From Candidatus Dadabacteria bacterium (lineage in GTDB: Bacteria; Desulfobacterota_D; UBA1144; Nemesobacterales; CSP1-2): a stretch of DNA of 64,000 nt. Numbering within the stretch: position 1 is the stretch's first letter; each line of letters opens with the position of its first letter. Shown here one piece after another: positions 28,786 through 38,763 of the stretch. The translations under genes were made by a program, and so were the position numbers. Below the pieces are notes generated by a model, which saw only the letters and a program-made list of their open reading frames with translations, did no database searches and was not told the DNA's origin. Where the stretch lies: the NCBI GenBank assembly GCA_963805855.1, contig CAWDVW010000003.1, positions 17,151 to 81,150 of the forward strand, in the 5' to 3' direction.

Positions 28786-29143
28786 CCTTGCGCAATTTCC
28801 TGAATATCAAAGAAATTATCTATACGAAATCATAAGTGGGATAACTAGAATGTCTGAATGTAGGACATTTGACAATTTAGTCTACTAGCCCTGCTACGAC
28901 GAACAAGATTCAGAGGCGGGCCAATGAATTATAATGTTTCTCCTGAGCCTATAAAACGAGCGTAGGCGATATGAATGAAATCGGGTTACCACTATCAAGC
29001 TTTCAAAAAAAAGCAAATCCAGCTAACGTCTCTTATACGTTTTTTATCAAATGAGCCGAACCAATTTGAATGTTTCTTAATATTTACTGAGTAATTATTA
29101 TGCTATATTATCAGGGTCATATATGATCCAATAGGAAATCGCC

Positions 29144-29572
29144 TTGGATATTTCCAGAGACCTTTCGCCAGACGAACGGATTGAACTTCTACGGGTAGCC
29201 CGTGAAGCTGTGAAGAATGCATATGCTCCGTATTCAGAGTTTCGAGTAGGTGCGGCAGTTTTAACTGAAAGGGGCAATATATTTTCCGGGTGTAACATAG
29301 AGAACGCTTCATATGGCCTTACTATTTGCGCTGAGCGGGCGGCAATCTATTCCGCTGTTGCAAATGAAGGCGGAAACAACATGAAGATCCGAGCGATTTG
29401 TGTTGTGAACGACAAAGACAGTACCTGTTCCCCCTGTGGCGCATGTAGACAGGTAATCTACGAGTTTGGCCCAAATGCGATTGTTATCTTCAAAGGCCGT
29501 GACGGCCTTATATCCGCCCATGCTAAAGAACTTTTGCCGGATGGTTTCGTTTCTTTCGATCAATCAAATTGA
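29144..29572 (+). CDS. cdd: Cytidine deaminase (homotetrameric type)
   Basis: AYAPYS.F.VGAA, GCNIENASYGLTICAER, SPCGACRQ. Confidence 0.95.
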   Translation: MDISRDLSPDERIELLRVAREAVKNAYAPYSEFRVGAAVLTERGNIFSGCNIENASYGLTICAERAAIYSAVANEGGNNMKIRAICVVNDKDSTCSPCGACRQVIYEFGPNAIVIFKGRDGLISAHAKELLPDGFVSFDQSN

Positions 29573-29715
29573 TGAATGTTAATACGGACGACAGGCACTA
29601 TTTTTAACTTATCAAGACGACAAAAACATATATTTAGTTGGTGTGTGTTCACCTGCTACTAGAAAATACAAAACGAGACTCTGATTGAGTTTGGAAGAGT
29701 CGGGAGGAAATTGTT

Positions 29716-30033
29716 ATGATGATAGCAAGATGGCAGATACAGGCAAGATTCGGACATAAGAAGGCGGCTTTGGATTCGATGACAAGATGGATCCAAGAAG
29801 TCGGGTCTCAAATAGGCTGGACTCCGGATAGGGTTAGAGTAATCACCGGTTCTATAGGAGCGCATGAATCGACTATTGAGACCGAGATAATGATCAAGGA
29901 TTTAAAAGAGCTCGATGATGCCTGGAGCAAATTAGCGAAACTTGCTCCGCACAAAAAATGGGGAGAGGAATTCGAAAAGCTAATTGTTTCCGGAACAGCG
30001 CGCTGGGAGATATTCAGGGTGGTATCCGATTAG
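29716..30033 (+). CDS. Hypothetical protein, possibly dimeric alpha+beta barrel (NIPSNAP-like)
   Basis: 105 aa with GGGAGG SD; alternating beta/alpha pattern. Confidence 0.65.
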   Translation: MMIARWQIQARFGHKKAALDSMTRWIQEVGSQIGWTPDRVRVITGSIGAHESTIETEIMIKDLKELDDAWSKLAKLAPHKKWGEEFEKLIVSGTARWEIFRVVSD

Positions 30034-30264
30034 TTATACCTTTTGTCTAGATTAGATCATACCTGTTACATATGTTTCAGAAAGTATGGCATAACACCAC
30101 TTTGACCGTATGCTGTATAGCGGAAAGTTATTCTTCCACCGAATGGAAGAGTATTTGAGAAAACATGCATTTGTATGCTCCCTCTTATTATTTACCTCTG
30201 CAGTGCTCCGATAAGGTAGCAGGGAAAAGTCGCTCTGTGATCCGGAACGCGATCAGAAAATGGT

Positions 30265-31701
30265 ATGAACATAAAAATGATTCTACGGAGAGATGATTAC
30301 TGGCTTACAAGGCTTGTTCTGCAGCGGGGGTTGGCATTTGTTTATCTGATTGCTTTTATAGCAGTCATTCATCAATTCAAGCCGCTACTAGGGGAAGGGG
30401 GACTTCTTCCGGTTCCGGAATTCATAGATCAGATGCGTTTTGCCGAATCGCCGAGCATCTTCTTCTGGTTTCCAACTGATTTCGCTTTTGATTTGCTAGG
30501 ATGGATTGGGGTTGCGCTTTCTCTATTTGCCCTTTCGGGATTCTCGGAAAAATTCGGCAACCTTGTGTCTGCGGCTACCTGGGGCGCACTCTGGGTGATT
30601 TACCTCTCCTTTGTAAATGTAGGTCAAACATTCTATGCGTTTGGCTGGGAGACACTGCTTTTGGAAGCCGGGTTTCTTGCGATTTTTTTGGGCGCCGAAA
30701 AAACCGCACCGTCGTTTCTGGTAATCCTTCTTTTTAACTGGTTGCTTTTCCGGGTGATGTTTGGCGCGGGTCTTATAAAAATTCGCGGTGATAGCTGCTG
30801 GCGGGATTTAACCTGCCTTCAATACCATTATGAAACACAACCGATGCCGAATCCCCTTAGCTGGTATTTCCATTGGATGCCGGCATGGATTCATAAAACA
30901 GGGGTGCTCTTTAATCACTTCACGGAGTTGGTGGTCCCGTTTGCTTATTTTGCGCCTTCTCAGATAAGCGGCTTCGCAGGGCTTATAACCCTATTCTTTC
31001 ATTCGTGGCTTTTCGCCAGCGGGAACTTTTCATTCTTGGGACTCCTCACGATGGTTCTGGCTTTGAGTACCCTTAGCGACTCATGGTTGAAGCGCGTTAT
31101 TCGAATTCGCCCACCAGAGCTTGCTCCGGGCACCCGTCTTTATTTTTCAGCTACGGCGGGACTCACGGTGCTTGTTGCGGTCTTAAGTATTTATCCCATA
31201 AGAAACATGGTGTCCGAAATCCAATTGATGAACGCTTCTTTCGAGCCCTTACACCTGGTGAATACCTATGGTGCCTTTGGAACCATCACGCGGCCGCGGT
31301 ATGAAGTAATTGTCGAGGGAACGAATGAACCCGTGGTTACGGATGCTACCAGTTGGCGGGAATATGAATTTATCGGGAAGCCCGGCGATGTGACCCGCAC
31401 CCCGCCGCAGATAGCACCCTATCACTTACGGCTTGACTGGCTGATGTGGTTCGCCGCATTTTCTTCGCCGAGGCAGCATCCTTGGTTCATAAGTTTTTTG
31501 GAAAAACTTTTAGAGGGCGATAAAGCTGTCTTGGGCCTCCTTCGATATAATCCGTTTCCAGATCATCCACCGACATTTGTCCGCGCGTCATTATATGAAT
31601 ATCATTTCACCACTCCTGAGGGACGAAGCAAGAGCGGCGCTGTTTGGAGCCGAAAACTCGTCGGGCTTTATTTCCCGCCAGTCTCGCTTCGTAAGCAATA
31701 A
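30265..31701 (+). CDS. Lipase maturation factor family membrane protein
   Basis: FGWETLLLEAGFL, FGAGLIKIRGD, HYETQPMPNP, NTYGAFG, PYHLRLDWLMWFAA. Confidence 0.93.
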   Translation: MNIKMILRRDDYWLTRLVLQRGLAFVYLIAFIAVIHQFKPLLGEGGLLPVPEFIDQMRFAESPSIFFWFPTDFAFDLLGWIGVALSLFALSGFSEKFGNLVSAATWGALWVIYLSFVNVGQTFYAFGWETLLLEAGFLAIFLGAEKTAPSFLVILLFNWLLFRVMFGAGLIKIRGDSCWRDLTCLQYHYETQPMPNPLSWYFHWMPAWIHKTGVLFNHFTELVVPFAYFAPSQISGFAGLITLFFHSWLFASGNFSFLGLLTMVLALSTLSDSWLKRVIRIRPPELAPGTRLYFSATAGLTVLVAVLSIYPIRNMVSEIQLMNASFEPLHLVNTYGAFGTITRPRYEVIVEGTNEPVVTDATSWREYEFIGKPGDVTRTPPQIAPYHLRLDWLMWFAAFSSPRQHPWFISFLEKLLEGDKAVLGLLRYNPFPDHPPTFVRASLYEYHFTTPEGRSKSGAVWSRKLVGLYFPPVSLRKQ

Positions 31702-31919
31702 AGACCTTGGTTATTTTGCGCTCCCAATGATTCCGGGTCCGCTGAAATTCACGCTTTTATGGACGCGGCATCATAGCGGGAAAAGTTATTGATCTTGTTA
31801 TGTCTATAATAAATCGTTTATGCTATATGGGTCTCGTGGGTGAAACAGAAAGGTTGGGTCGCTAAAAAGTGTGGAGGCTGGTATAAGATTCCGGTGCTAT
31901 TAGGAAAAAGCGATAATCT

Positions 31920-32606
31920 ATGAAGAGTTTTCAATTAATAGCATTTTTAATAGTTCTTCAGCTGCCTTCTACTCTTTCCTATTCTGCAGAAGAAGAAGTT
32001 GAGAGCGTGCCGACTGCTTGCTCAAATCCATCCGATTGTAAAATATATCTGGCTCAAAATAATTCGACTGAATCATCGGTCAATGGATCTGAAGCGAAAT
32101 CGATAGAATCGGTTTCGGTAAAGGTAGAGTCTGTTTCGAATCCGCTTGGAAAGGCTTCGGAATCTATTCAGTCGATTTCAAGGCCTATAGAATCAATATC
32201 GAAACCGCTTGGATCGGTTTCAGAACCATTGAGTTCAGTCTCAAAACCGCTTGGCTCTGTTTCAAAGCCAATTGGTTCATACTCTCTGCCTGACGATTCG
32301 CTGAGGAATCCTCAGGAATCGGAACCAAAAATTACACAGGAAAAAGATGAATCAAGAGGTTTGAACGTTAACTCTATTCAAGGTGGAATAGTGGGAATGG
32401 GAAAAGAACCATTCACCGGTGAAGAAAAGTCTGATTCATCATATTCTGAGGAAGACTTTGAAGATCCGTTTAAAGAAAACGCGAACGTAGACGCAACAGG
32501 ACAGGAATATGACAGAATAAAGGGCACGAGGGAAACTTACTGCAAGTGGAAGGATGAGAATGGAATGATTCATATTGAATCAGGTGAGAAGTGTAGAAGG
32601 GACTAG
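31920..32606 (+). CDS. Secreted hypothetical protein with Ser-rich 7-aa repeats
   Basis: Signal peptide, (S[VI]SxP[LI][GE])n tract, C-terminal KWKDENGMIH resembling DUF4124. Confidence 0.7.
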   Translation: MKSFQLIAFLIVLQLPSTLSYSAEEEVESVPTACSNPSDCKIYLAQNNSTESSVNGSEAKSIESVSVKVESVSNPLGKASESIQSISRPIESISKPLGSVSEPLSSVSKPLGSVSKPIGSYSLPDDSLRNPQESEPKITQEKDESRGLNVNSIQGGIVGMGKEPFTGEEKSDSSYSEEDFEDPFKENANVDATGQEYDRIKGTRETYCKWKDENGMIHIESGEKCRRD

Positions 32607-32775
32607 AAAACATAAAACGTCTCAGGCCTTGACATTTGATATAACGATTACCGGGGTATCAGAATTACTTATTGCAAGACCCTCGGGATTCGACACGAGG
32701 GTGCACTCTAGAACGTACCAACTAAGTAATGCAAAAGACAGAGTATATATTTGGAAGATTCTGGATATTATAGGC

Positions 32776-33114
32776 TTAGAGATTACTTGATCCTTGTCCT
32801 ATGGCTTCCCTTAAGAGTGGTTCGAGCTCTCCCCTCTCATCCATTTCCATACATATATCGCAGCCGCCGATAAATTTCCCATTTATATACAGTTGCGGTA
32901 TAGTGGGCCAGTGAGAGTAATCTTTTATGCCCTGCCTTATCTCCGGGTCGGCAAGAACATCTACAGTCTCAAATGGTACGTCATAAGAGTTGATTATCTG
33001 CACCACTTGAGCCGAGAAGCCGCATTGGGGAATCTCCTTTGTACCCTTCATATATAGAATTACTTTATTCTGGCCAATCTGTGATTGAATTTTTTTCATA
33101 ATATCTTCAGACAT
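32776..33114 (-). CDS. grxD: Monothiol glutaredoxin Grx4
   Basis: MKGT..PQCGFS, WPTIPQLY, GGCDI. Confidence 0.96.
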   Translation of the reverse strand: MSEDIMKKIQSQIGQNKVILYMKGTKEIPQCGFSAQVVQIINSYDVPFETVDVLADPEIRQGIKDYSHWPTIPQLYINGKFIGGCDICMEMDERGELEPLLREAIGQGSSNL

Positions 33115-33118
33115 TTTC

Positions 33119-33364
33119 TCACTCCTTATTTTGTTTTCTTTCCCACTGATGAGGTGTGTAGGTTTTCAGAGAAATGGCGTGTATCTGTTCTTTCATTGCC
33201 TCACCCAGGGCGCTATAAACTATCTGATGTTGCTCGATCAGGCTCTTACCCTCAAAATCGCTAGAAACGACAATGGCTTCGAAATGAGTGCCATCACCCC
33301 GGACGGCAACGGTAGAACTTGGTAGCCCATTTTCTATCAAGACCTTTATTTCTTCTGGGTCCAT
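33119..33364 (-). CDS. BolA/IbaG family protein
   Basis: GDGTHFEAIVVS, QHQIVY, IHAISLKTYTP; adjacent to grxD. Confidence 0.93.
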   Translation of the reverse strand: MDPEEIKVLIENGLPSSTVAVRGDGTHFEAIVVSSDFEGKSLIEQHQIVYSALGEAMKEQIHAISLKTYTPHQWERKQNKE

Positions 33365-33446
33365 CTACTTTATTATATAATGTTTAAATCCCCTTTCAAG
33401 TAATGGATAGCAACCCGATGCTTGAAATATTGGACTTATAATTGAA

Positions 33447-33733
33447 ATGCGGAGACTTAAATGGCCAGTATTAGTGATAGTTATATTGACTGCTTTTTTG
33501 TTTATCGCTATTTATTCGATACTGGGAAAGACTCAGCCGACTCTCGAGGGTTCGCTAGTATTTTTGGATCTTGCTCAACCGGGCAATCGGGTGATCCTCT
33601 GAGCAAGTTCTATTCGGACAATATTCGAAAATGGGCATGCGGGGAGTATAAAACTTTGTTTTTTGACAGAAAGAGTATTGAGAGAAATAGCTGGAAGCAG
33701 CTCTGGTTGTTACCTGAATCCGGTGTAAACTAG
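33447..33733 (+). pseudogene. Small membrane-anchored protein split by a one-base deletion in GGG (33548-33550)
   Basis: MRRLKWPVLVIVILTAFLFIAIYSILGKTQPTLEG joins to FASIFGSCSTG...PESGVN with one added base, giving 95 aa. Confidence 0.5.
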
Positions 33734-33804
33734 CTTTCAATTTGATTAAATTACAATTTAGTTTAATTTTTAATCCATAATTGGAATAATAGGAGGTAAA
33801 GACG

Positions 33805-34038
33805 ATGGCTGCGAGCTCATATGTACTGATAAATTTGTCTGGGCCACAGACAAAAAATGCGGTTAACAAGATTAGGAGGATAAAGGGTGTGAAGTCTGCT
33901 CACATCGTCGCGGGTCCTTATGATCTTGTGGCTTTTGTGGAAGGCAAGAATGAGAAGGATATCGGTGATCTTGTGATATCAAAGATTAGAAAGACCCAAG
34001 GTGTTACAAATACGGTGACATGCTTTGTAGTAGCTTAG
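33805..34038 (+). CDS. Stand-alone Lrp/AsnC ligand-binding (RAM) domain protein
   Basis: YVLIN, V.G.YD[LI]VA, IRK..GV..T.T pattern; AGGAGG SD. Confidence 0.88.
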   Translation: MAASSYVLINLSGPQTKNAVNKIRRIKGVKSAHIVAGPYDLVAFVEGKNEKDIGDLVISKIRKTQGVTNTVTCFVVA

Positions 34039-34099
34039 CATAGCTTGGTGTTATTGAGATATCTTTGAAAAAATATCCCAACGTTGTATAATCTGATTC

Positions 34100-34309
34100 A
34101 TGAGCTTAAAGGCCATAATCATCGTGCTGATTGTTATTGGTATAATTTATTTTGGCGTTTCCAAGTTCATGGACAGTCTCAATGATGTGCAGGATGTCTC
34201 GACTTCGTATTTAAGAGACACAATAGGTGCCGAAAAAAAGGCAAGGGATGTGCTCGGGAAGAGCAGGGAGCAGGTAAAGAAAAGAGAGCAAATGGTAGAC
34301 CAGGAGTAG
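34100..34309 (+). CDS. Small hypothetical single-TM protein
   Basis: 69 aa, N-terminal TM then charged helix. Confidence 0.55.
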   Translation: MSLKAIIIVLIVIGIIYFGVSKFMDSLNDVQDVSTSYLRDTIGAEKKARDVLGKSREQVKKREQMVDQE

Positions 34310-34511
34310 GAGTTTCTTGGATTAGAAGTTGTCTTTTATACGGTGAGGATATAGAAGTCGGGTTTTTCAGAACATACCTTTTTAATTTCGAAATATATTG
34401 AGGGAAAATTTCTTGGATTTTAATAATTCTCACTCTTCTTTTATCTTTGCGAGATACCGTAATCGTTGTCTTTTGTTATTCGCCCGATGAAACAAAAAAT
34501 GGAGAGACTAA

Positions 34512-34967
34512 ATGAAGGTTAAGGAAATTATGACAACTCCCGTTATTGTGGGTAAGGAGGAGAATACATTAGAAGAAATCGCTCACATAATAATAGATAA
34601 TAAAATAGGTTGTGTCCCGATTGTTGGAACGGATGGGAAGATGGTAGGGATAATAACAGAGACTGATTTTATGGTTAAAGAGCGCTGTGTTCCTTTTTCC
34701 AGGTTCAATGCACCTCAGTTATTTGGTAAGTGGATGCCTCAAGAAGGTGTCGAGCAAGCCTATAAAAACGCAAGGGAATTGGTGGCGAAAGATATCATGA
34801 GCGAGGGTGTTGTAAGTGTCACGGAAGAGGTTGGCGTTGATGAAGTAATAAAAGAAATGCTCAAGCATGATTACCATCACATACCGGTCGTGCGCGATGG
34901 GGTTCCTGTCGGAATTGTGACGAGGCACGACATCTTGAAGATGACGTTAGATAAAGAGCTAGTATAA
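34512..34967 (+). CDS. CBS-domain protein
   Basis: MKVKEIMT, GIITETD, GIVTRHDI. Confidence 0.9.
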   Translation: MKVKEIMTTPVIVGKEENTLEEIAHIIIDNKIGCVPIVGTDGKMVGIITETDFMVKERCVPFSRFNAPQLFGKWMPQEGVEQAYKNARELVAKDIMSEGVVSVTEEVGVDEVIKEMLKHDYHHIPVVRDGVPVGIVTRHDILKMTLDKELV

Positions 34968-35003
34968 TTTCTGTAAGACATGTAATTCTTTATGCTTTCG
35001 ACC

Positions 35004-35366
35004 ATGGCAAAGTTCGGGGTTCGACCTGAGAAGGAAGACAGGCTTCATGAGCGAATGAAAGAGTTAGGCATTATTGAAGAAGATATTAAAGAGACTTTCA
35101 TCCGTTCCGGTGGTCCTGGCGGACAGAGTGTGAACAAAACTGCGACGTGTGTGCAGATTAAACACATTCCTACCGGAATCATTGTGAAATCACAAGAGGG
35201 GCGTTCCCAGGGTTTAAACAGATTTTTGGCAAGGCGTCTGCTCGTTTCGAGAATTGAAAAAAGTCTTCTTGGAAAGGAGTCTCCTGGGGAGGAGGTACGG
35301 AAAAAGATTCGCAAGCAAAAGCAAAGGAGCAGGAGACGGACCAAGAAAAAGCTATCGGGAGTTTAA
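35004..35366 (+). CDS. Short RF-1-domain peptidyl-tRNA hydrolase (ArfB/mtRF-R-like rescue factor)
   Basis: FIRSGGPGGQSVNKT, HIPTGI, RSQ..N and a Lys/Arg-rich C-tail; no codon-recognition domain. Confidence 0.85.
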   Translation: MAKFGVRPEKEDRLHERMKELGIIEEDIKETFIRSGGPGGQSVNKTATCVQIKHIPTGIIVKSQEGRSQGLNRFLARRLLVSRIEKSLLGKESPGEEVRKKIRKQKQRSRRRTKKKLSGV

Positions 35367-35567
35367 GTGAAAGTCTGTGTTACTCATTATTTGCAGGCTA
35401 AACTCAAACTGCCTGTGTCCTTTAAAGACTATCCCCGGTAGTTTGCTTCATGTTCTTACGCCAATAGTCTTTTGTAGTAAGATAATTAGAAGATTAAGAT
35501 TTTAGGTATACTGTAAACAAATTTGCATAAAATAATACTAGTCGATTAAGACCTACTCGATGAAATC

Positions 35568-36620
35568 TTGCCTAATTTAAAAAATAAGGGAAAGTCAACA
35601 AAAGTTTCAATTAAAAAAGGGTCTCATGAGGTGGAAGGCAGAGTGGATCTTTCCATTGTAATTCCAGTCCTTAATGAAGCCGGAAATCTTGATCCTGTAT
35701 ATTCTCAACTTATTGATGTTTTGACGAAAACTAACAAGGCCTACGAAATCATTTTCGTTGATGATGGCAGTACTGATTCGAGCTTTGAAAACCTGAAGAA
35801 ACTACACAAACAGGACGATCGTGTGCGGGTAATAAGGTTCCGTCGAAATTTCGGACAATCAGCGGCCTTTTCCGCAGGATTCGACTACGCGAGGGGAGAT
35901 GTAATTGTGACCATGGATGCGGACTTGCAGAATGACCCTGCAGATATTCCAAATTTATTAAAGAAATTAGAAGACGGATGCGATGTGGTTAGCGGTTGGA
36001 GAATCAATCGAAGGGATGAGTATCTCACCAGACAATTACCCTCCCGGATAGCAAATTTTATAATCTCGATGATTACCGAGGTTAAGTTACACGATTATGG
36101 ATGCTCGTTGAAAGCATACAGAAGAGAGGTAGCGAAAAATATTAAACTGTACGGTGAGATGCATCGATTTATCCCCGCGCTTGCCAGCTGGATGGGAATT
36201 AGAATAGGTGAAGTTCCGGTAAACCATGCGCCTAGGAGATCTGGGAAATCCAAATACGGCATTATGCGTGCTGTCAGAGTGCTCTTGGATCTGATGACTG
36301 TGAAATTCTTGTTGGATTATTCTACGAGACCTATACAAATATTTGGTTTATTGGGCATAATATCCCTTTTGTTAGGTTTGATTGTAGGAAGTTATCTTTC
36401 AATCTTGAAGATCTTCTTTGGTCATCCGTTAAGGGACAGACCGCTCCTTCTCCTATCCATATTGCTCGTTATTTTCGGTGTGCAACTCATTAGCATGGGT
36501 CTACTTGGTGAACTCGTTGTGAGAAGTTATTATGAGTCACAAAACAAGCCTACCTATATGGTTAAGGAGATCTTGGGTGTAAAGCTTTCCGCGAATCATG
36601 GCAATGAGCAATTCTCCTGA
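35568..36620 (+). CDS. GT2 glycosyltransferase (ArnC/DPM1-like)
   Basis: SIVIPVLNE, VDDGSTD, RNFGQSAA, MDADLQNDP, two C-terminal TM helices. Confidence 0.93.
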   Translation: MPNLKNKGKSTKVSIKKGSHEVEGRVDLSIVIPVLNEAGNLDPVYSQLIDVLTKTNKAYEIIFVDDGSTDSSFENLKKLHKQDDRVRVIRFRRNFGQSAAFSAGFDYARGDVIVTMDADLQNDPADIPNLLKKLEDGCDVVSGWRINRRDEYLTRQLPSRIANFIISMITEVKLHDYGCSLKAYRREVAKNIKLYGEMHRFIPALASWMGIRIGEVPVNHAPRRSGKSKYGIMRAVRVLLDLMTVKFLLDYSTRPIQIFGLLGIISLLLGLIVGSYLSILKIFFGHPLRDRPLLLLSILLVIFGVQLISMGLLGELVVRSYYESQNKPTYMVKEILGVKLSANHGNEQFS

Positions 36621-36665
36621 TACCTTTAATAAGGAATTCAATGTTTGGCGCAGGATGGAATTGTG

Positions 36666-37838
36666 ATGAAAATTTTAATGATAGCGCCGGTGCCTTTTTT
36701 CGCTCCTAGGGGGACTCCAATTGCGATAATGGGAAGACTGAGGGCGTTGTCTAGTCTTGGACATGAGGTTGATCTGCTAGCTTATCATGTGGGTCAGGAC
36801 GTATCTATCCCCGGTCTAACAGTTTATAGAACTCCGTCATTTAAATTTATTAAGGAAGTACCGGTAGGACCATCAAGGGCAAAAATATTTCTTGATTTTT
36901 TCGTGCTGGTGAAAGCCGTAAGGATGATAATTGGGAATTCTTTCGATCTCATTCTTACCGCTGAGGAAGCAAGCATATTTGGAACCGTGTTAGCTAGGTT
37001 CTTTAAGTTACCTCATCTGTACGATTTTCATTCTTCAGTTCCCCAAGCGCTGGGGAATTTTGGGTATGATAGATTTCCCTCGTTGATCAGGTTTTTCGAA
37101 TGGATTGAGAGGATAATAATTCGCAAGAGCAATGCTTTAATTGCAATTTCTCCTGAGTTAGCCAATTACGTGAGAAAAATTGATGAAAATATTCCAATCG
37201 CGATAATAGAGAATATATTTGAAGCAGTTGATTCAAAGAGTGTATCTGTGGAATCAGTAAGAAAATTAAGGGAAGAATATTCGCTATCGGACGGTAAAAA
37301 GATTATACTGTACGTTGGCACATTTGAGCTATATCAAGGGCTTGATCTCCTTATCGACAGTGTAGAGATTGTGTCAAAACATATCAATGCAGTGAAATTC
37401 GTCTTGGTAGGGGGCAAATCAGGCCAAATTGAATATTTTCGGAAAATAACAGGTGATAAAGGCTTGTCTTCCTTTTTTCTTTTCACAGGTATACGACCTC
37501 CTGAAGAGATCCCGATTTTCAGTAATATTGCTAATGTGTTAGTATCCCCGCGCGTTAAGGGACAAAATCCACCTTCGAAGATATACTCATATCTTCGCTC
37601 CGGTAAACCGATAGTGGCAACGAATCATATATCTCATACGCAGGTGTTAAGTCCAGAAATAGCCCACTTAGTAGAGGCCAATCCTGAGGAGATGGCTAAA
37701 GGAATTATTTACATGCTGGAAAATCCAGATTTGGGTGAGAAACTGGGAGAAAGGGCAAGAAAGTTTTTCGAAAAGAATTATAACTATGATAAATTTGTAG
37801 AATCGACAGATAAAATTCTTAATTTAGCTGTAAAGTAA
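36666..37838 (+). CDS. GT4 glycosyltransferase
   Basis: MKILMIAP, YVGTFELYQG, PSKIYSYLRSGKPIVAT. Confidence 0.9.
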   Translation: MKILMIAPVPFFAPRGTPIAIMGRLRALSSLGHEVDLLAYHVGQDVSIPGLTVYRTPSFKFIKEVPVGPSRAKIFLDFFVLVKAVRMIIGNSFDLILTAEEASIFGTVLARFFKLPHLYDFHSSVPQALGNFGYDRFPSLIRFFEWIERIIIRKSNALIAISPELANYVRKIDENIPIAIIENIFEAVDSKSVSVESVRKLREEYSLSDGKKIILYVGTFELYQGLDLLIDSVEIVSKHINAVKFVLVGGKSGQIEYFRKITGDKGLSSFFLFTGIRPPEEIPIFSNIANVLVSPRVKGQNPPSKIYSYLRSGKPIVATNHISHTQVLSPEIAHLVEANPEEMAKGIIYMLENPDLGEKLGERARKFFEKNYNYDKFVESTDKILNLAVK

Positions 37839-37944
37839 AGACTAATGGATTAAGCTAGCAATCCTAAGAGGCTTGGTTTCGAATTTTCTTATTTCATTAT
37901 TAATTTCAAGAAAAAGTATTAAAATTTTTAATTGGTTTTAGTTT

Positions 37945-38763
37945 ATGAGGCGAGTTAAATATCGGGGAAATTTTATGACTAATTCAGTAAGCCGCTCTTC
38001 CCAGATCGAGACCCTAAATTTAATAAGGGAATACTGGACCAAAAACCTTCATGATGTTGACATTACTCACAGTCCCATCGGGACAAAAGAATTTTTTGAG
38101 GAGCTTGAACAATATCGCTATGAAAAGCTTGAATACCTTCTTAGAATAATAGATTTCAATGCTTACAAAGGGAGAAAACTCTTAGAAATAGGATGCGGGA
38201 TGGGAATTGACCTTGTTCAATTTGCAAAAGGCGGGGCAATAGTAACCGGCATAGATTTGGCTGATAATGCCATAGAACTAGCAAAGAAAAATTTAGAACT
38301 GCACGGAGTAGGTGGCGAGCTTCTGGTTATGAATGGAGAGGAGTTAAGTTTTAACGATAATAGCTTCGACATAGTATTCGCACATGGTGTTCTTGCATAT
38401 ACCCATGATGCAGCGCTTATGGTCAGAGAAATCAATAGGGTATTAAAACCTGGAGGCGAGGCAATCTTGATGATGTATCATAGAAATTCCTGGCTTTTCT
38501 TCTTTGCGGATTTGCTTGGATTCCGGCTTGGCCGTGAGGATGCGCCGGTTTTTAAAACCTACTCGATTGATGAGTTTCAGAGAATGCTAAAGAATTTTTC
38601 TCATTCAGAGATACTGACGGTGCGCTTTCCGGTTAAAACACGTATTCATAAAGGCCCAAAGGCAGCCATCTACAATCGGTTATTTGTCCCCTTATTCAAT
38701 CTGATTCCAGAAGCAATGGTTCGTCGATTTGGAGCCCATCTGATCGCAAAAGCCGAAAAGTAA
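37945..38763 (+). CDS. Class I SAM-dependent methyltransferase
   Basis: LLEIGCGMG, GIDL, FDIV, RVLKPGG. Start may be the ATG at 37975. Confidence 0.9.
   Translation: MRRVKYRGNFMTNSVSRSSQIETLNLIREYWTKNLHDVDITHSPIGTKEFFEELEQYRYEKLEYLLRIIDFNAYKGRKLLEIGCGMGIDLVQFAKGGAIVTGIDLADNAIELAKKNLELHGVGGELLVMNGEELSFNDNSFDIVFAHGVLAYTHDAALMVREINRVLKPGGEAILMMYHRNSWLFFFADLLGFRLGREDAPVFKTYSIDEFQRMLKNFSHSEILTVRFPVKTRIHKGPKAAIYNRLFVPLFNLIPEAMVRRFGAHLIAKAEK

Noticed and set aside
29605-29630. Fifth copy of the dispersed repeat (ATCAAGAC fragment)
   Set aside because: Only the loop matches; the stem and flanks do not.
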